From positions 100,506,063-100,568,461 of the forward strand of contig NC_068984.1 in the NCBI RefSeq assembly GCF_001194135.2: a stretch of 62,399 nt of DNA, given 5' to 3'. The position numbers and the translations under genes are program-made. Source of the DNA: Octopus bimaculoides. Taxonomy: Eukaryota. Position 1 is the first letter of the stretch. Each line of letters starts with the position of its first letter. A model generated the notes under the pieces. It did no database searches. It saw nothing but the letters and a program-made list of their open reading frames with translations, and had not been told where the DNA came from. Positions 1 to 12,882 of this stretch are shown here, piece after piece.

Positions 1-29
1 ATATATATATATATATATATACATACACC

Positions 30-600
30 AAGAGTTCCAGACGATGGGAAGCGGAAAACTGTTGCAACCATGATCCACCTTCTCTTTGAATGTATTTTAG
101 CCATACCTGCCTGTTCCATTTTGAACTTCGCTTCAATCCTGGTACGGGAAGCAAGAAAATTTGTGAGCACTCACCCAAGATGTTGCCTTGTGTGTCAAGG
201 GAAGGGTACTTTGATACTCTTTGCACAAATTGACTCTGAGATGTGTCATGCATCGTAACCAAATCTACTAGTTATGAAATAGGGGGACGAAGGTGCAGAT
301 TTTTTTGAGATAGACATCAGCTATATGGACCGAGGCAGAAGTGTCTCTCGGTAGCTGTGTCTAAGCAGTTCTTTCTTTTGAGCTGTTCTGCTCCCCTTGC
401 ATTCGAAAGAAACGATAAAAATTCATAGATCTCCCAAATATAGTCTGTCACAGCTTCATCAACTGAATCTTTGCTTCCAAGCAGGTCACCCTCTTTTTCT
501 TATGCAAAAAAGAAACCACATGCACAATCAAATTTGGATTTTAGCAGGCTTGAACTTTTACTGACCAACTGAGCAGCCTTCAGTCACACTTGTATGTGGG
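30..600 (-). mobile_element. Possible highly decayed CR1/L2-type LINE 3' region
   Basis: Minus-strand fragments NSFPLPIVWNS (cf. the LINE C-terminal xSFFPRxxxxWNSLP) and DYIWEIYE. Many stops, so weak. Confidence 0.3.
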
Positions 601-859
601 GAACTAGTGTTCTTTCAATATCGATACTGTGACCCTTCGCGAGACAAGACTAGCCGATGAGGACAGCTGAAGAAATGTGGCAGCGGATACACCATTTGAA
701 GAGTGGTACATGTGTGGTTTAGTCTTTGTGGTTCTCAATGATCTCGTTGATAGGTCACATGAACTAACTACCCATATCAACGAAAGATATATGACTCTTT
801 GCTTAAAACTTACTGGTGTTAACGGATACGCTATTCATCAGTGCATATACACTCACACT

Positions 860-1330
860 TAAGACAGGCCCGGATGTTATAGAGGAATTTTACACTAATT
901 AGCCAGCGCCTTATCCAGAATTTTTAAACGTAATAAAACAATTTTGCTAGGTGACCTCAATATTAGAGTTGGTAAATATTCGAATCTCTGGAACGGCACA
1001 ATTGAAAGGTAGAGCATGGGAAAGACTTACTCAAACGGCATTCGATTCTTAACTAAATACAAAGAGCACAGCCCTACAATGACAACACACTATTTCAACT
1101 AACAGATACAAGGGTTACTGGAAGCATACACGACCAAAATACTAGCGTATAACTGACTAAGTTATCACTGAGACTGGCGATCAAAACGTTGCACATCTCA
1201 CATGCGTCATGATAGGAGCCGACGATTATTGGTCGGGTCACTATCTAATGCAATCTAATATGGCAGTTCAATTCTCCCCTAAAGTAACGTTTAGAGAGGA
1301 GTCAGATGTACGATCAAATAAAATGATCTG
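860..1330 (+). mobile_element. Decayed RTE-type LINE AP-endonuclease fragment
   Basis: EEFY at ~883, then from 941 ILLGDLNIRVGK..W.GTI...MGK..SNGIRFL, and later MIGADDYWSGHYL (cf. GDFNARVG and MRGADCWTDHRL). Stops and frameshifts present. Confidence 0.75.
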
Positions 1331-1539
1331 CTCTTAAATTAACGTGTAAGTGACCGAGTATACAAGACACGTGTAACCATAACGTAATTTTCAAGTAGAA
1401 TCACCATGACACGGTGTGCGACAAGAGCGTAGTTTTTGAGTTACTGGTACAGTCCATCAGATAGGCTTCTATACACCCAGTTTCACTGGAACTACGTGGT
1501 TTTGAAACGAGTTTGCTCACCATTCGGCCATACTGCATC

Positions 1540-1602
<63 letters not shown>

Positions 1603-2239
1603 TTATGAACAACTGTAAATAACCTTTCTGAGTATCAGGATATATTTCGAAATTTGCCGTTATCTCATCTTTCTCTCGTGATAAGTGCGTAAGAGATAAA
1701 TCGCTCCTGGCTAAAGCGCTAGTATTTTATAGATTAACTTTCTAGACATTGTGGTACCGGTTTACCACCTTAAGAATCTTGCCTGAAGGGTGGAGGGAAC
1801 CCAAAGTAATATTGATGGTTCTAACACTATCTGTTTTTTGACCACTAGAAGCAGATAGATTCATAGATATATACATATAAACACACACACATGCACATAT
1901 ACACGCTGTTATATAATTACATATATACACATACACATAATACTAAGACATACATTCACACACAAGCTGACGAACACACACAAAAACACAAACATTCATA
2001 CTTCTACACACGTACATAAAACACGCACGCACGCACACACACCTACACATACACATACACACACACACCTACACGCACGCATACACACACACATATATAT
2101 ATATGGAGAGAAAGAGAAAGAGGAGGGAGAGAGAGGAGGGAAAGAAAGAGGAGGAAGAGAGAGAGGAGGAGAGAAAGACCGAGTAGATGTACATTCGTAG
2201 ACATTTATGCTTGTGTGTCCTTCACTTGTTTCAATACTT

Positions 2240-2510
2240 ACTTTTTTAAAGAGCCTGGTACTTATTCTATCGGTTTATTTTGCCAAACCGCTAGGTTACG
2301 GGTCGTAAGCACACCAGCACAAGTTGTGAAGCAGTGGTGATGACACACACACACACACATATATATATGACAAGCTTCTTCCAGTTCTACCAAATTTCAC
2401 AAGGCTTTGATCGACCCGAGGCTATAGTAGAAGACACTTGCTCAAAGTGACACACAGTGGGACGGAACCCGGGACTATGTGCTTAGGAAGCAAGCTTCTT
2501 ACTACATAAC
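2240..2510 (-). mobile_element. tRNA-derived SINE, family A (contains internal TA/TG microsatellite), degenerate
   Basis: Matches the reverse complement of the full copies at 37450 and 52544. Confidence 0.85.
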
Positions 2511-2734
2511 CGGCAGTGTATCTCATATGTAATGCAGTAAGTCGGAAAACTTCTGTTAACTGGGAATATCCTTGCAATTAGAAAACAAAACCTCCTTCTA
2601 CGATTGCTTAAAATATAGTAAAATCTAATTAAATTAAGCCCCTGTCCCCGGTAATATTAGCTGATCCAAATATTTAGAAAATAACGATGATGTAGTTAAG
2701 GATGGATCAGTTCTCTAAAATCAACAAGCCAAAG

Positions 2735-2785
2735 CAATCGTCATGTTTCGATTTCGTTAGTTCTCATCAGCGAAGCGTATTCGCC
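2735..2785 (-). ncRNA. Decayed hammerhead-ribozyme relic (PLE-type)
   Basis: Minus strand CTGATGA-gaactaacgaaatc-GAAACATGA. Both conserved core boxes are present, but stem II is mismatched and the NUH cleavage triplet is broken. Confidence 0.4.
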
Positions 2786-2897
2786 CAGAAGATGATGAGA
2801 CGATGAGAATATATTGAAATGGTGGTGCCGGGGACACAGCTTTTAGTTGTGACACCGAATGTGCTTTTGGTATGCAAAGCAATCCTATTGATATTGA

Positions 2898-3013
2898 GAA
2901 ACCACATGGTTTCGGGTTCGGCACCTTGAGCAAGTGCCTTCATCTATAGCTGCGGGCCGCAAAAAATGCCTTGTGAGTAAATTTGGTTGACGGAAATTGT
3001 GTGGAAACGTGTC

Positions 3014-3108
<95 letters not shown>

Positions 3109-3238
3109 CGCGCGCGTGTTTGTGTTTGTGCTTGACAACCGGTGCTGGTTTATTACTTCTCCGTAACGTAGAGGGTCTGCAAATAAGAATCAGACTTTAA
3201 AAACAATTTAAGTACTTGGGTCAATTTTTTCGACTAAA
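2898..3238 (+). mobile_element. SINE family A, 5'-eroded, with ~100-bp internal (TG)n
   Basis: ccacatggtttcgggttc..caccttgagcaagtg head remnant, (TG)n at 3017-3115, gcttgacaaccggtgctgg tail. Confidence 0.8.
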
Positions 3239-3239
3239 C

Positions 3240-3495
3240 TAGTGATTTTCAACCATTTCTCTGCCTATGCACCTCTCTGATTCCTATTTTACTCGAATGA
3301 ACCCCTAAAGCCATTCGATGTTTAAAAGACCCTATTGTATCTTTATAATTAAACATTATTAGAAATTGTATAAAAAAATTTGTTAAAATATTTTGTGTAC
3401 TGCAGAAGTATAACCAATTTATTGCATTTGAATTTTAACAACAAAATCGTATATGGGCCCTTGAGGGTCATATAGACTCTCAAGGGTCATATGTA
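3240..3495. mobile_element. Non-autonomous hAT-like MITE (CAGTGGTTCTCAACC-type ends)
   Basis: Starts AGTGATTTTCAACCATTT. The AT-rich body recurs at 35165-35330, 38203-38440 and 57412-57510. Confidence 0.6.
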
Positions 3496-3869
3496 TTTTT
3501 TCCCTTGTTAATTTAGCAATAATTTTGACCGACTGCCTACTTGATAACAAGGTTGTGCAGAAAAGCATCTTGTTCTGTTCATCATCTTTTAAATCTTCTT
3601 AGAAAGGACTTGTAGATTTTTATTATTCCATATAACGCGATCAGCGTATGTATGTATGTATGTATGTGTGAGCAAACGAAAGAGAGTAGCACTTAACACA
3701 TTTGGTGTGAGTTACATGTATTCAATAAGAGCTAGACTCAGCTCCACATTAATATAAGTTTCGTGAGTGCGTAAGATATGCCTGCTCCGTCAGATGTTCG
3801 GGAACAGAGTTAAATATCTGACGTGTCCTACATGCACACGAAACTTTAAGTAACGCGGAGAGGAGTCAA

Positions 3870-3980
<111 letters not shown>

Positions 3981-4149
3981 GCCATTCCATTCAGTCAGCT
4001 TCCGTCCGAATGACTGAACGGTTGAGATTTATTCTTTTCCGTCTCCCTCTTTTTGTCCTCATCTTTCCATCCCCTCCTCTTCTTACTCCCTCATTATGCA
4101 GGCACATCATATATGCTGATCGTGAAAGCCTTAACTCTGTGTGTGTATT

Positions 4150-4700
4150 TCCTCCAGTTCCCTATGAGACGGCCAAATTTCAGAGCAAAATTTGTCTTCC
4201 GAGAAACAAGCACATTTTATGTTCATGCTTTAAATGTTCCCAGGATACCTCCATCTGCATGCTTTTATTACTAGCTTGGTAATTATGCTTGTAAAACAAT
4301 GCTCCAATATTTACATATCCTAAAGCCCGCGCAGTTTCTGATTTCAGTCTTGCAAATTTTTCTGGCTCTTTCTACCTAACTTATACTTTGTTGAAAAACC
4401 AGCTGCGAAATGTTGATATCTTTCTTGCACAGAATTTCATGTTGCATTCTTCAGCCCATTTTCACATGGTAAAGCTTTAATAATTTCGCAATCTGTTAAT
4501 ATGTAAAGGCTGCAGAAAATCTAATAGAAATTGTACATGACAATGGCATGTGGTACGCGGCATTGGATAGTTGATCCTTCAGAGAGAAACGCTGGTGCTT
4601 ATAACTTGATTTCTGTCTTTGGGAATCATACAACCATCATTTTAGTTTTCAAGTATACCAACTTCATGAAGTTTGAAGCATATTATCAAAAGCTTTTGCA
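4150..4700 (-). mobile_element. Decayed CR1-type LINE RT C-terminal fragment
   Basis: Minus-strand KWAEECNMKF (rc of 4432-4461; cf. WAEENNMKFN), GILGTFKA (cf. GWILRTFK) and CRVPH (cf. SGVPQG). Confidence 0.55.
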
Positions 4701-4769
4701 AAGTCTAACTAAACTACAATTACGCTTATTTGATTGGTTGAGTTATTTTTAGCATTAAATAATGCATAC

Positions 4770-4947
4770 ATGCACACACTAATACATACATATACACACA
4801 TACATGCTAACATGCATGCATGTGTTCTTGTGTGTGTGGTTGTGTGTGTGTGTGTGTGTGTGTATTTATGCATGTCTACACCACCAGTCTTCGTCTTTTG
4901 TTTTTTTGTGAATTCCACCCCTCCTATATATACATATACATACATAT

Positions 4948-4998
<51 letters not shown>

Positions 4999-5670
4999 AA
5001 CAATATATGAGTATATGCATATATATATACATGTATGTACATACCTTCATCTACATGTACATATAGATNNNNNNNNNNNNNNNNNNNNNNNNNNNNNNNN
5101 NNNNNNNNNNNNNNNNNNNNNNNNNNNNNNNNNNNNNNNNNNNNNNNNNNNNNNNNNNNNNNNNNNNNNNNNNNNNNNNNNNNNNNNNNNNNNNNNNNNN
5201 NNNNNNNNNNNNNNNNNNNNNNNNNNNNNNNNNNNNNNNNNNNNNNNNNNNNNNNNNNNNNNNNNNNNNNNNNNNNNNNNNNNNNNNNNNNNNNNNNNNN
5301 NNNNNNNNNNNNNNNNNNNNNNNNNNNNNNNNNNNNNNNNNNNNNNNNNNNNNNNNNNNNNNNNNNNNNNNNNNNNNNNNNNNNNNNNNNNNNNNNNNNN
5401 NNNNNNNNNNNNNNNNNNNNNNNNNNNNNNNNNNNNNNNNNNNNNNNNNNNNNNNNNNNNNNNNNNNNNNNNNNNNNNNNNNNNNNNNNNNNNNNNNNNN
5501 NNNNNNNNNNNNNNNNNNNNNNNNNNNNNNNNNNNNNNNNNNNNNNNNNNNNNNNNNNNNNNNNNNNNNNNNNNNNNNNNNNNNNNNNNNNNNNNNNNNN
5601 NNNNNNNNNNNNNNNNNNNNNNNNNNNNNNNNNNNNNNNNNNNNNNNNNNNNNNNNNNNNNNNNNNNNNN

Positions 5671-5720
<50 letters not shown>

Positions 5721-5724
5721 TTAG

Positions 5725-5770
<46 letters not shown>

Positions 5771-6167
5771 CTCTCTCCTTATATATACATGTGTGTGTAC
5801 ATATATATGCGTGTGAGCGCGTTACGCACTCACACACAAGTATGGGTGTATGTTTATAATGCTCATGACGCCGTATGTCACGACGGCGCCTCAATGACTC
5901 CGTCAGATGTGGATCCAAGGAAAGAAGGAAGTGTGTGTGTGTGTATAAATATATGTATATACACACATATACACACATACACGCGCGTGCACACACATTC
6001 ACACACATACACGCACACACACGCACACACGCACACACAAGCATAGTCATACACTCAAACCGGAATAGATGTATAGGCGTATTTATATATATATGTATGC
6101 ATGTATGTATGTGTGTATGTATATGTATATGTATATGTATATAAGTATATGCATGTGCGCGCATACA

Positions 6168-6206
<39 letters not shown>

Positions 6207-6317
6207 AAACCGGAATAGATGTATTTATATATATGTATGCATGTATGTGTGTATGTATGTGTATATATGTGTATGTATGTGCGCGCGCACACACGCACAC
6301 ACACACAAATACGCACG

Positions 6318-6405
<88 letters not shown>

Positions 6406-6430
6406 CACACACACACACACACACGTTATT
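4770..6430. repeat. Compound (TA)n/(CA)n/(TG)n microsatellite block with a gap and a two-unit ~150-bp minisatellite
   Basis: Dinucleotide tracts. The unique core CTCAAACCGGAATAGATGTAT occurs at ~6054 and ~6204. Confidence 0.9.
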
Positions 6431-6689
6431 GCTGAATATATTTTGTTGCAACGAAGTGTAGTAGCATTTATTGCTCAGTGCATGTGTACGCACGAACGTA
6501 TGAATGAATGAATATCTGTACGTCTCTCCATTTGTCTGTTTGTCGGTTTGCTTGTCTGTTTGCTTGTCGGTCGGTCTGTCCGCTTGTCTGTCTGTGTGTC
6601 AGCGAGTCTTGAGGAAAACGTAAAGTAAATAACAGACTCTTGTTATCTTCTTCCGCACCGAGTGACATATGGCTAAGCTATCTAGGTCT

Positions 6690-6715
6690 GTTGCAGCAGC
6701 AGCAGTGGCAGTGGC

Positions 6716-6746
<31 letters not shown>

Positions 6747-6818
6747 ATAGTAGTAGTAGTAGCATCTGCACCACCTGCAACAGCATTAATAATAACAATA
6801 GCGACATCAACATCACGT

Positions 6819-6855
<37 letters not shown>

Positions 6856-7116
6856 GAAAAGGAAATTGGATAACTATATCAACAGAGAAATTAACTACTA
6901 CTACTACTACTACTACTACTACAACTACAACTACCACTACTACTACTGCTGCTGGTAGTAATAGTAGTAGAGCAGCAAAAGGAAATACATTATATGTTAC
7001 GAAGATATTTGTATGTGAACAGATGGAAGGGCCACGGCTAGAATGCTTTCGGTCATATGTCTACTCAATCAGGGCTGACCAGGGGCTATAAAAATAACAA
7101 CAGTAATAACACCAGT

Positions 7117-7151
<35 letters not shown>

Positions 7152-7250
7152 TAGTAGTAGTATCGTGCTGTTGCTGCTGCTGATGAAGATGATTATGAAC
7201 ATCATCGTCTGTAGCAGCAACAGCAACTGCAATAACAATTGTTGGCACAA
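6690..7250. repeat. Trinucleotide mosaic (GCA/GTA/CTA/CAA) plus poly-A
   Basis: Direct inspection. Explains the poly-V/T/S ORFs. Confidence 0.9.
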
Positions 7251-7329
7251 GGGCATATTTTGGACAGCAGCTAGTCAATTACATCGATCCTAGTATATAA
7301 CTGATACATTATTTTGTCGATCTCAGAAT

Positions 7330-9135
7330 AATTCTTTCTAGTTTTTCGCACAAGGCCAGTAATTTTAGCTGGAAGGAACCAGTCGATTTCATCGATCCCA
7401 ATACTTGATTGATACTTTATTCCATCGATCCCGTACGGACGAAATGCGAAGTTGACATATTAACCACGGTGGCATTTGCTCCCCAAACGTACATATCCGA
7501 GCGAAACGCCGCTGAGCATTTTGTTCGTCACTCTAACAGCTTTGCCAACTCAACGCTTTTGGTCATAAATTCAGGGACAAGGCTTACAATTTTAGGGCGA
7601 GGGATTAAGCCGATTACATTGACCCAGTACTCAACTGGTACTTTAAGCATTTCGTCTGACACGCTAACGATTCTGCTAGCTCGCCACCTTTATCGACCCT
7701 AAAATAATTATTTCAAATTTTGGCACGCGGCCAGCAATTTTGGAGGAGGGGATAAGTCGATATCATCGATCCCAGCACTCAACCGGTACTTATTTTATCG
7801 ACCCCTAAATAATGAAAGGTAAATTCGGTCCCAGGTTAGATTCAAATTCAGAAACTACAATGATAACGACGTTTTCAATATGCGCTCTTTTCAGAGTCTT
7901 ACGCTATTATTATTATTTGTTGTAGTTTTTGCGAAAATAATTTTTGTTTAATTTAATGTCTTTTTAACATTGGTTTCAAATTTTGACCCAAGGACAGCAA
8001 TTTCAGGGAAGTGGGTAAGTTGATTACAACGACTCCAGTATTCAACTGGAACTTATTTTATCGACCTCCAAATGGTGAAAAGCAAAGTCGTCCTTGATAG
8101 AATTTGAACTTAGAACGTGAAGAGCTGGCAGAATCGTTACCACGCCGGGCAAAATGCTTAGCAGTATTTCATCCGTCCTTACGTTTTGAGTTCAAATTCT
8201 GCCACAATCGACTTTGTCTTTCAACCTTTCGGGGTCGATTAAATAAGTACCCGTTGCGCACTGGGGTCGATGTAATCGACATGCTCCTTCCCCACAAATT
8301 TTGGGCCTTGTGCCTATAGTAGAAAGAATATTAAGGGGTCGATATAAAATAAGAACCAGTTGAGCACTGGAGTCAATGTAATCAACTTACTCCGCCCTCG
8401 AAATTGCTGGTTTGTGCCAAAATTTGAAGTCAATATTAAGATGGCGGACGGCGGTGATTTGGCAGAATCTTTAGCACGCCGGGCAAAATGCTATGCAGAA
8501 TTTCATCCATCCTTACGTTCCGAGTTCAAATTCCGCCGCGGTCGATTTTGCCTTTCATAATTTCTGGGTCGATAGAATAAGTACCAGTTGAGCACTGAAG
8601 TCGATGTAATTGCCTTACCCTCCCACCAAATTACTGGCCTTGTGCCAAAGTTTGAAACCAATATCAGGGCAGCAAGGCCCTGTTCATAAAATACGGATAT
8701 AGGTCCCGCAAGTTTTGAAAATTTAATATGAGGGCTCCTCGATAAAATACGTTTGTGAATCAGTTATAAAACATTCAGATTCACAAGAAAATTTCGAATG
8801 TTAAATGTTCAACAAGAAGGATTAAATTTATATGAGCGAGAGTTTAGGATTAACTTTGTACCTAAAAATCAACAAATCATGCGGATTTTGATAAGTAGAT
8901 TAAAGTTTCGTTTCTTTCTCTTTTTGTCTTTTTGAGGAAGCGGGGAGTTGTGAGTTAATTAGGGGCAATGAGATGTATAATTAACTATTTAATTTCAAAA
9001 CTACACAGATGTATGTATGTATGTTTATATATATATTGAAATCAATATTAAGATGGTAGAAGGTGGCAAACTGGCAGAATCATTGGCACGCCGGGCAAAA
9101 TGTTTAGCGGCCTTTCGTCCGTCTTTACGTTCTAA
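7330..9135. mobile_element. Cluster of ~8 SINE family B copies and fragments (minus strand 7330-8110, plus strand 8120-9135)
   Basis: Repeated GAGCTGGCAGAATCGTTAGCACGCCGGGC head, GTTCAAATTC B-box and CCTTTCATCCTTTCGGGGTCGATAAAATAAGTACCAG body. Confidence 0.9.
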
Positions 9136-9136
9136 G

Positions 9137-9221
<85 letters not shown>

Positions 9222-9701
9222 GTGTGTATATATATACACATACATATATACACGCACACACTCATGTAGGATTTTAAACATATCTGTTGAATACATTACA
9301 TTCCGACTGATCTCACTTGAGCCACAATATCAGAAAAGGCTTAATATTTAAACAATTAATCATAAGTTAATCATAAGTTAAGATATTTAGAAATGTGTCA
9401 TTAGTCTATACCATGAATATCTATGAGAATTATACAACTCAGAGAAATAATACAAAACAAATATTAATACATCTGAAGTTTCCCATTTAGCGCTGGGACA
9501 TGCCCAATTTCTGCAACCCAAAGCCATCACTAGCTTCGTCAACGAGCTTCAACAAAAAGAAATTGCTGCAATCGCGTGGTTCAATCTCACAAACTCCACA
9601 TGGATTTTGATTGCTTGCAGTTCTGAACGATTCAAGATACGAATCGGTCGAACTGCACGAAAATTCGCTTCAGGCTTGCTAACTTTTTTTTAGTTTTTGT
9701 A

Positions 9702-9859
9702 GGCTCAAGCGTGACTGTTTGATAAGAATCTTGCTTCGCAAACACATGGTTCCAAGTTCAGTCCCACTGCATGGCACCTTGGGCAAGTGTCTTCACCTAT
9801 AACTTGAGCCAACCAAAGCTTTGTGAATAGATTTGGGAGAGGGGAATTGAAAGAAGCCC

Positions 9860-9891
<32 letters not shown>

Positions 9892-10675
9892 NNNNNNNNN
9901 NNNNNNNNNNNNNNNNNNNNNNNNNNNNNNNNNNNNNNNNNNNNNNNNNNNNNNNNNNNNNNNTGTATAGGGAATAATTAATAAATTTTTTCCTTATGAG
10001 GTTTTTTCACGCTTATTTGATAAATTCTTATAAAGATTTTATCCAATATTTAAATTCTCTCTCTCTGTATATATATCTCAAGTGGCCAGCATAGGAATAA
10101 AAACCATCAAAGGTAATAATTATCCAAAATTATAATTTAGGGTATCTAAGAGATACCACCACACTGGAAATAGCAGTCAAAGCATGACTCTAAAACCACA
10201 ATAAATGTTCATATAGCACCAGGAGAGAAGACGAATCTAGTTCCCGGATTTCTTATGCACAGCCAGAAATCCGGGATCTGGAGTTATCCAGTCATTTTTG
10301 CTAGTTTATTTTGTCTCTTCGTCTTTTCACCTGGTGCTATATGAACATTTATTGTGGTTTTAGGGTCAAGCTTTGACTGTTATTTCCAGCGTAGTGGTAT
10401 CTCTTAGATACCCTAAATTATGATTTTAAATATATATATGTCTATGATATGTATATACCTATGAGTGTGTCTTTGTGCTTGTGTTTGTCTCCCAACACCG
10501 CTTGACAATCGGTGTTAGTGTGTTTACGTCTCCGTAACCTAGTGGTTCGGTAAAACAGACGATAGAATAAGTACCAGGTTTTTAAATATAAGTCGATTTG
10601 TTCGACTAATATCCTTCAAGGCGGTGCTCTAGCATGGCCGCAGTCAAATGAGTGAAACAAGAAAAAGATAAAAGG
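9702..10675 (+). mobile_element. SINE family A interrupted at its internal (TA)n by foreign sequence
   Basis: Head 9702-9862, (TA)n, gap, non-SINE insert ~9964-10430, (TA)n, then SINE tail 10460-10675. Confidence 0.8.
10126..10427. repeat. Fold-back element: 110-bp inverted arms enclosing two small hairpins
   Basis: 10126-10235 is the reverse complement of 10318-10427 with few mismatches. Inner stems CCCGGATTTCT/AGAAATCCGGG (10243-10275) and CTGGA/TCCAG (10278-10291). Confidence 0.9.
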
Positions 10676-10939
10676 AATAAAAGCATCTTTATTGAACTAA
10701 ACTAGAAAAGTGAAAAAAAAACTTGACACAATAGTATTTAGTAAAAAAAATATTTAGACGTATACATGTGAGCGAAAGTTATCTTTGCCTATGCTCGTAG
10801 CGTGTGTTAATGCGTGTTGCGTGTGTATGTATATATAGCCTGTGTTTGTTGTTGTGGGAGTATATATTGTCTGTGTTCAGGTATTATGTGCTTGTGTGGG
10901 TGTGGGAATGTGCATGATGGTGTGTGGCGTGTGTACTGA

Positions 10940-12375
10940 GTTAAACAGTGTGCGGTTGCTCATATAGTGGCATGTGTGGTGACGCTATTGAAGATTCTGT
11001 GTGGGTGTGTAGATGATGGTTGTGGTGTAGGCGCTGGGAAATGGTCAGTGCTAGTGTGCGTGGAGTAGTGTGAAGTGGTATCAATGAAGAGAGGAAGTAG
11101 GTGTCAGATGTATAGAGGAGGGGATTTGAGCCTATGTCGAGCAAAGGAGCGAAGANNNNNNNNNNNNNNNNNNNNNNNNNNNNNNNNNNNNNNNNNNNNN
11201 NNNNNNNNNNNNNNNNNNNNNNNNNNNNNNNNNNNNNNNNNNNNNNNNNNNNNNNNNNNNNNNNNNNNNNNNNNNNNNNNNNNNNNNNNNNNNNNNNNNN
11301 NNNNNNNNNNNNNNNNNNNNNNNNNNNNNNNNNNNNNNNNNNNNNNNNNNNNNNNNNNNNNNNNNNNNNNNNNNNNNNNNNNNNNNNNNNNNNNNNNNNN
11401 NNNNNNNNNNNNNNNNNNNNNNNNNNNNNNNNNNNNNNNNNNNNNNNNNNNNNNNNNNNNNNNNNNNNNNNNNNNNNNNNNNNNNNNNNNNNNNNNNNNN
11501 NNNNNNNNNNNNNNNNNNNNNNNNNNNNNNNNNNNNNNNNNNNNNNNNNNNNNNNNNNNNNNNNNNNNNNNNNNNNNNNNNNNNNNNNNNNNNNNNNNNN
11601 NNNNNNNNNNNNNNNNNNNNNNNNNNNNNNNNNNNNNNNNNNNNNNNNNNNNNNNNNNNNNNNNNNNNNNNNNNNNNNNNNNNNNNNNNNNNNNNNNNNN
11701 NNNNNNNNNNNNNNNNNNNNNNNNNNNNNNNNNNNNNNNNNNNNNNNNNNNNNNNNNNNNNNNNNNNNNNNNNNNNNNNNNNNNNNNNNNNNNNNNGAGG
11801 CACGGTCCACAGATCGTGCCCTGGCAAGGTCAGTGTAGATAGTGGTGAGAGGATATCCACGTAGGATGAAGTGGCGTGCCATGAGTTGAGACTGAGTCTC
11901 AAAGTCATGACTTTCACTACAGAGCCTGCACAGACGGAGACTTGGTGTGGGTAGGGTGGGAGGAGGAGAAGTTAAGGTAGGAGTGTGAGTCAGTGTGTTT
12001 GCAGTGGATGGAGGTAGTAAGAACGGAGTGGTCTATACTGACAGAAATGTCGAGAAATTCAACGGAAAAGTTAGAAATAATGCAGGAGAATTCGAAGGCA
12101 GGCTGGAAGGATTGGACAAAAAAGAGGAAGGAATCTAGTTGTTCGCGGGAGAGTGAGGTCGTACCGATGCAGTCATCGATATAACGACTGTATAGTTCGG
12201 TGGTGGTGAGAATATTTGGGCCTCAACGTAGCCAATGAACAGGTTCGCATAGTTGGGGCCCATTCTCGTTCCCATGGTCACTTCCGAGAAATGTTGGTAA
12301 AAGTCCCCCGCGAACGAGAAGCAGTTTAGGGAGAGAATAAGTTCGGCCCGACGAAGAAGTGTGGAGATGTCAGGT
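10940..12375 (-). mobile_element. Penelope-like retroelement (Poseidon-like) RT fragment and 3' end; the gap covers the GIY-YIG region
   Basis: Minus-strand translation AELILSLNCFSF..FY....VTMGTRMGPNYANLFIGYVE...LYSRYIDDCIG...VEFLDISV...HSYLNFSSSHP...HFILRGYP. The 3' side cttcgctcctttgc matches 24990-25003. Confidence 0.9.
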
Positions 12376-12846
12376 TGGGTTCAGGTCGAATCCAGAAAGT
12401 CGAGACTATAGTAGAAGATACTTGCCCTAGGTGCCACGCAATAGTAATGAACCCAAAACCCCAAACTTCTTAACCACAGTGCCATGCTCGGGCCTGCCTA
12501 TAACTGTGTATACATATTTGCATTACTTTGCTTTTCTTGTAGCTCGCAACTTCTTGATGGAGTTGTAAAGGGAGCTGTCGTGACATACAGCGTGTCTTGA
12601 GCACTTTTAAATTTGATGGAATCCTAGTTCTCTTTCCTCAGGCCTAACTACTACGAATTACTTCCAAAAGAAGAAGAAGAAAAAAAACAGACAGCCGGAA
12701 AGCAGAATGGCCCTCCAATGGATGAAAAGCAAAAGATGATTAGCCGCGGCGGGAGTTGAACTCATAATGTAGAGATCCAGAACGATCTATGTAAAGCAAT
12801 CTACTCGACGCTTTAACCATTCTGCAAATTGGCCTTGTGTGTGTGT

Positions 12847-12882
<36 letters not shown>

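Noticed and set aside
1400-1530. tRNA-like sequence (TGGCCGAATGG A-box on the minus strand); also the SINE heads throughout
   Set aside because: No complete cloverleaf or B-box. These are SINE-derived heads, not tRNA genes.
4709-6511. Numerous long ORFs (YIYI, HTHT, VCVC, poly-X), here and at 11-13, 25-28, 48-49 and 55-61 kb
   Set aside because: They are translations of dinucleotide microsatellites and N-gaps with no protein signal.
6599-7293. Poly-V/T/K/S ORFs resembling mucin or signal-peptide proteins (also 46281-46659)
   Set aside because: Pure trinucleotide mosaics and a poly-A run, open in several frames on both strands.
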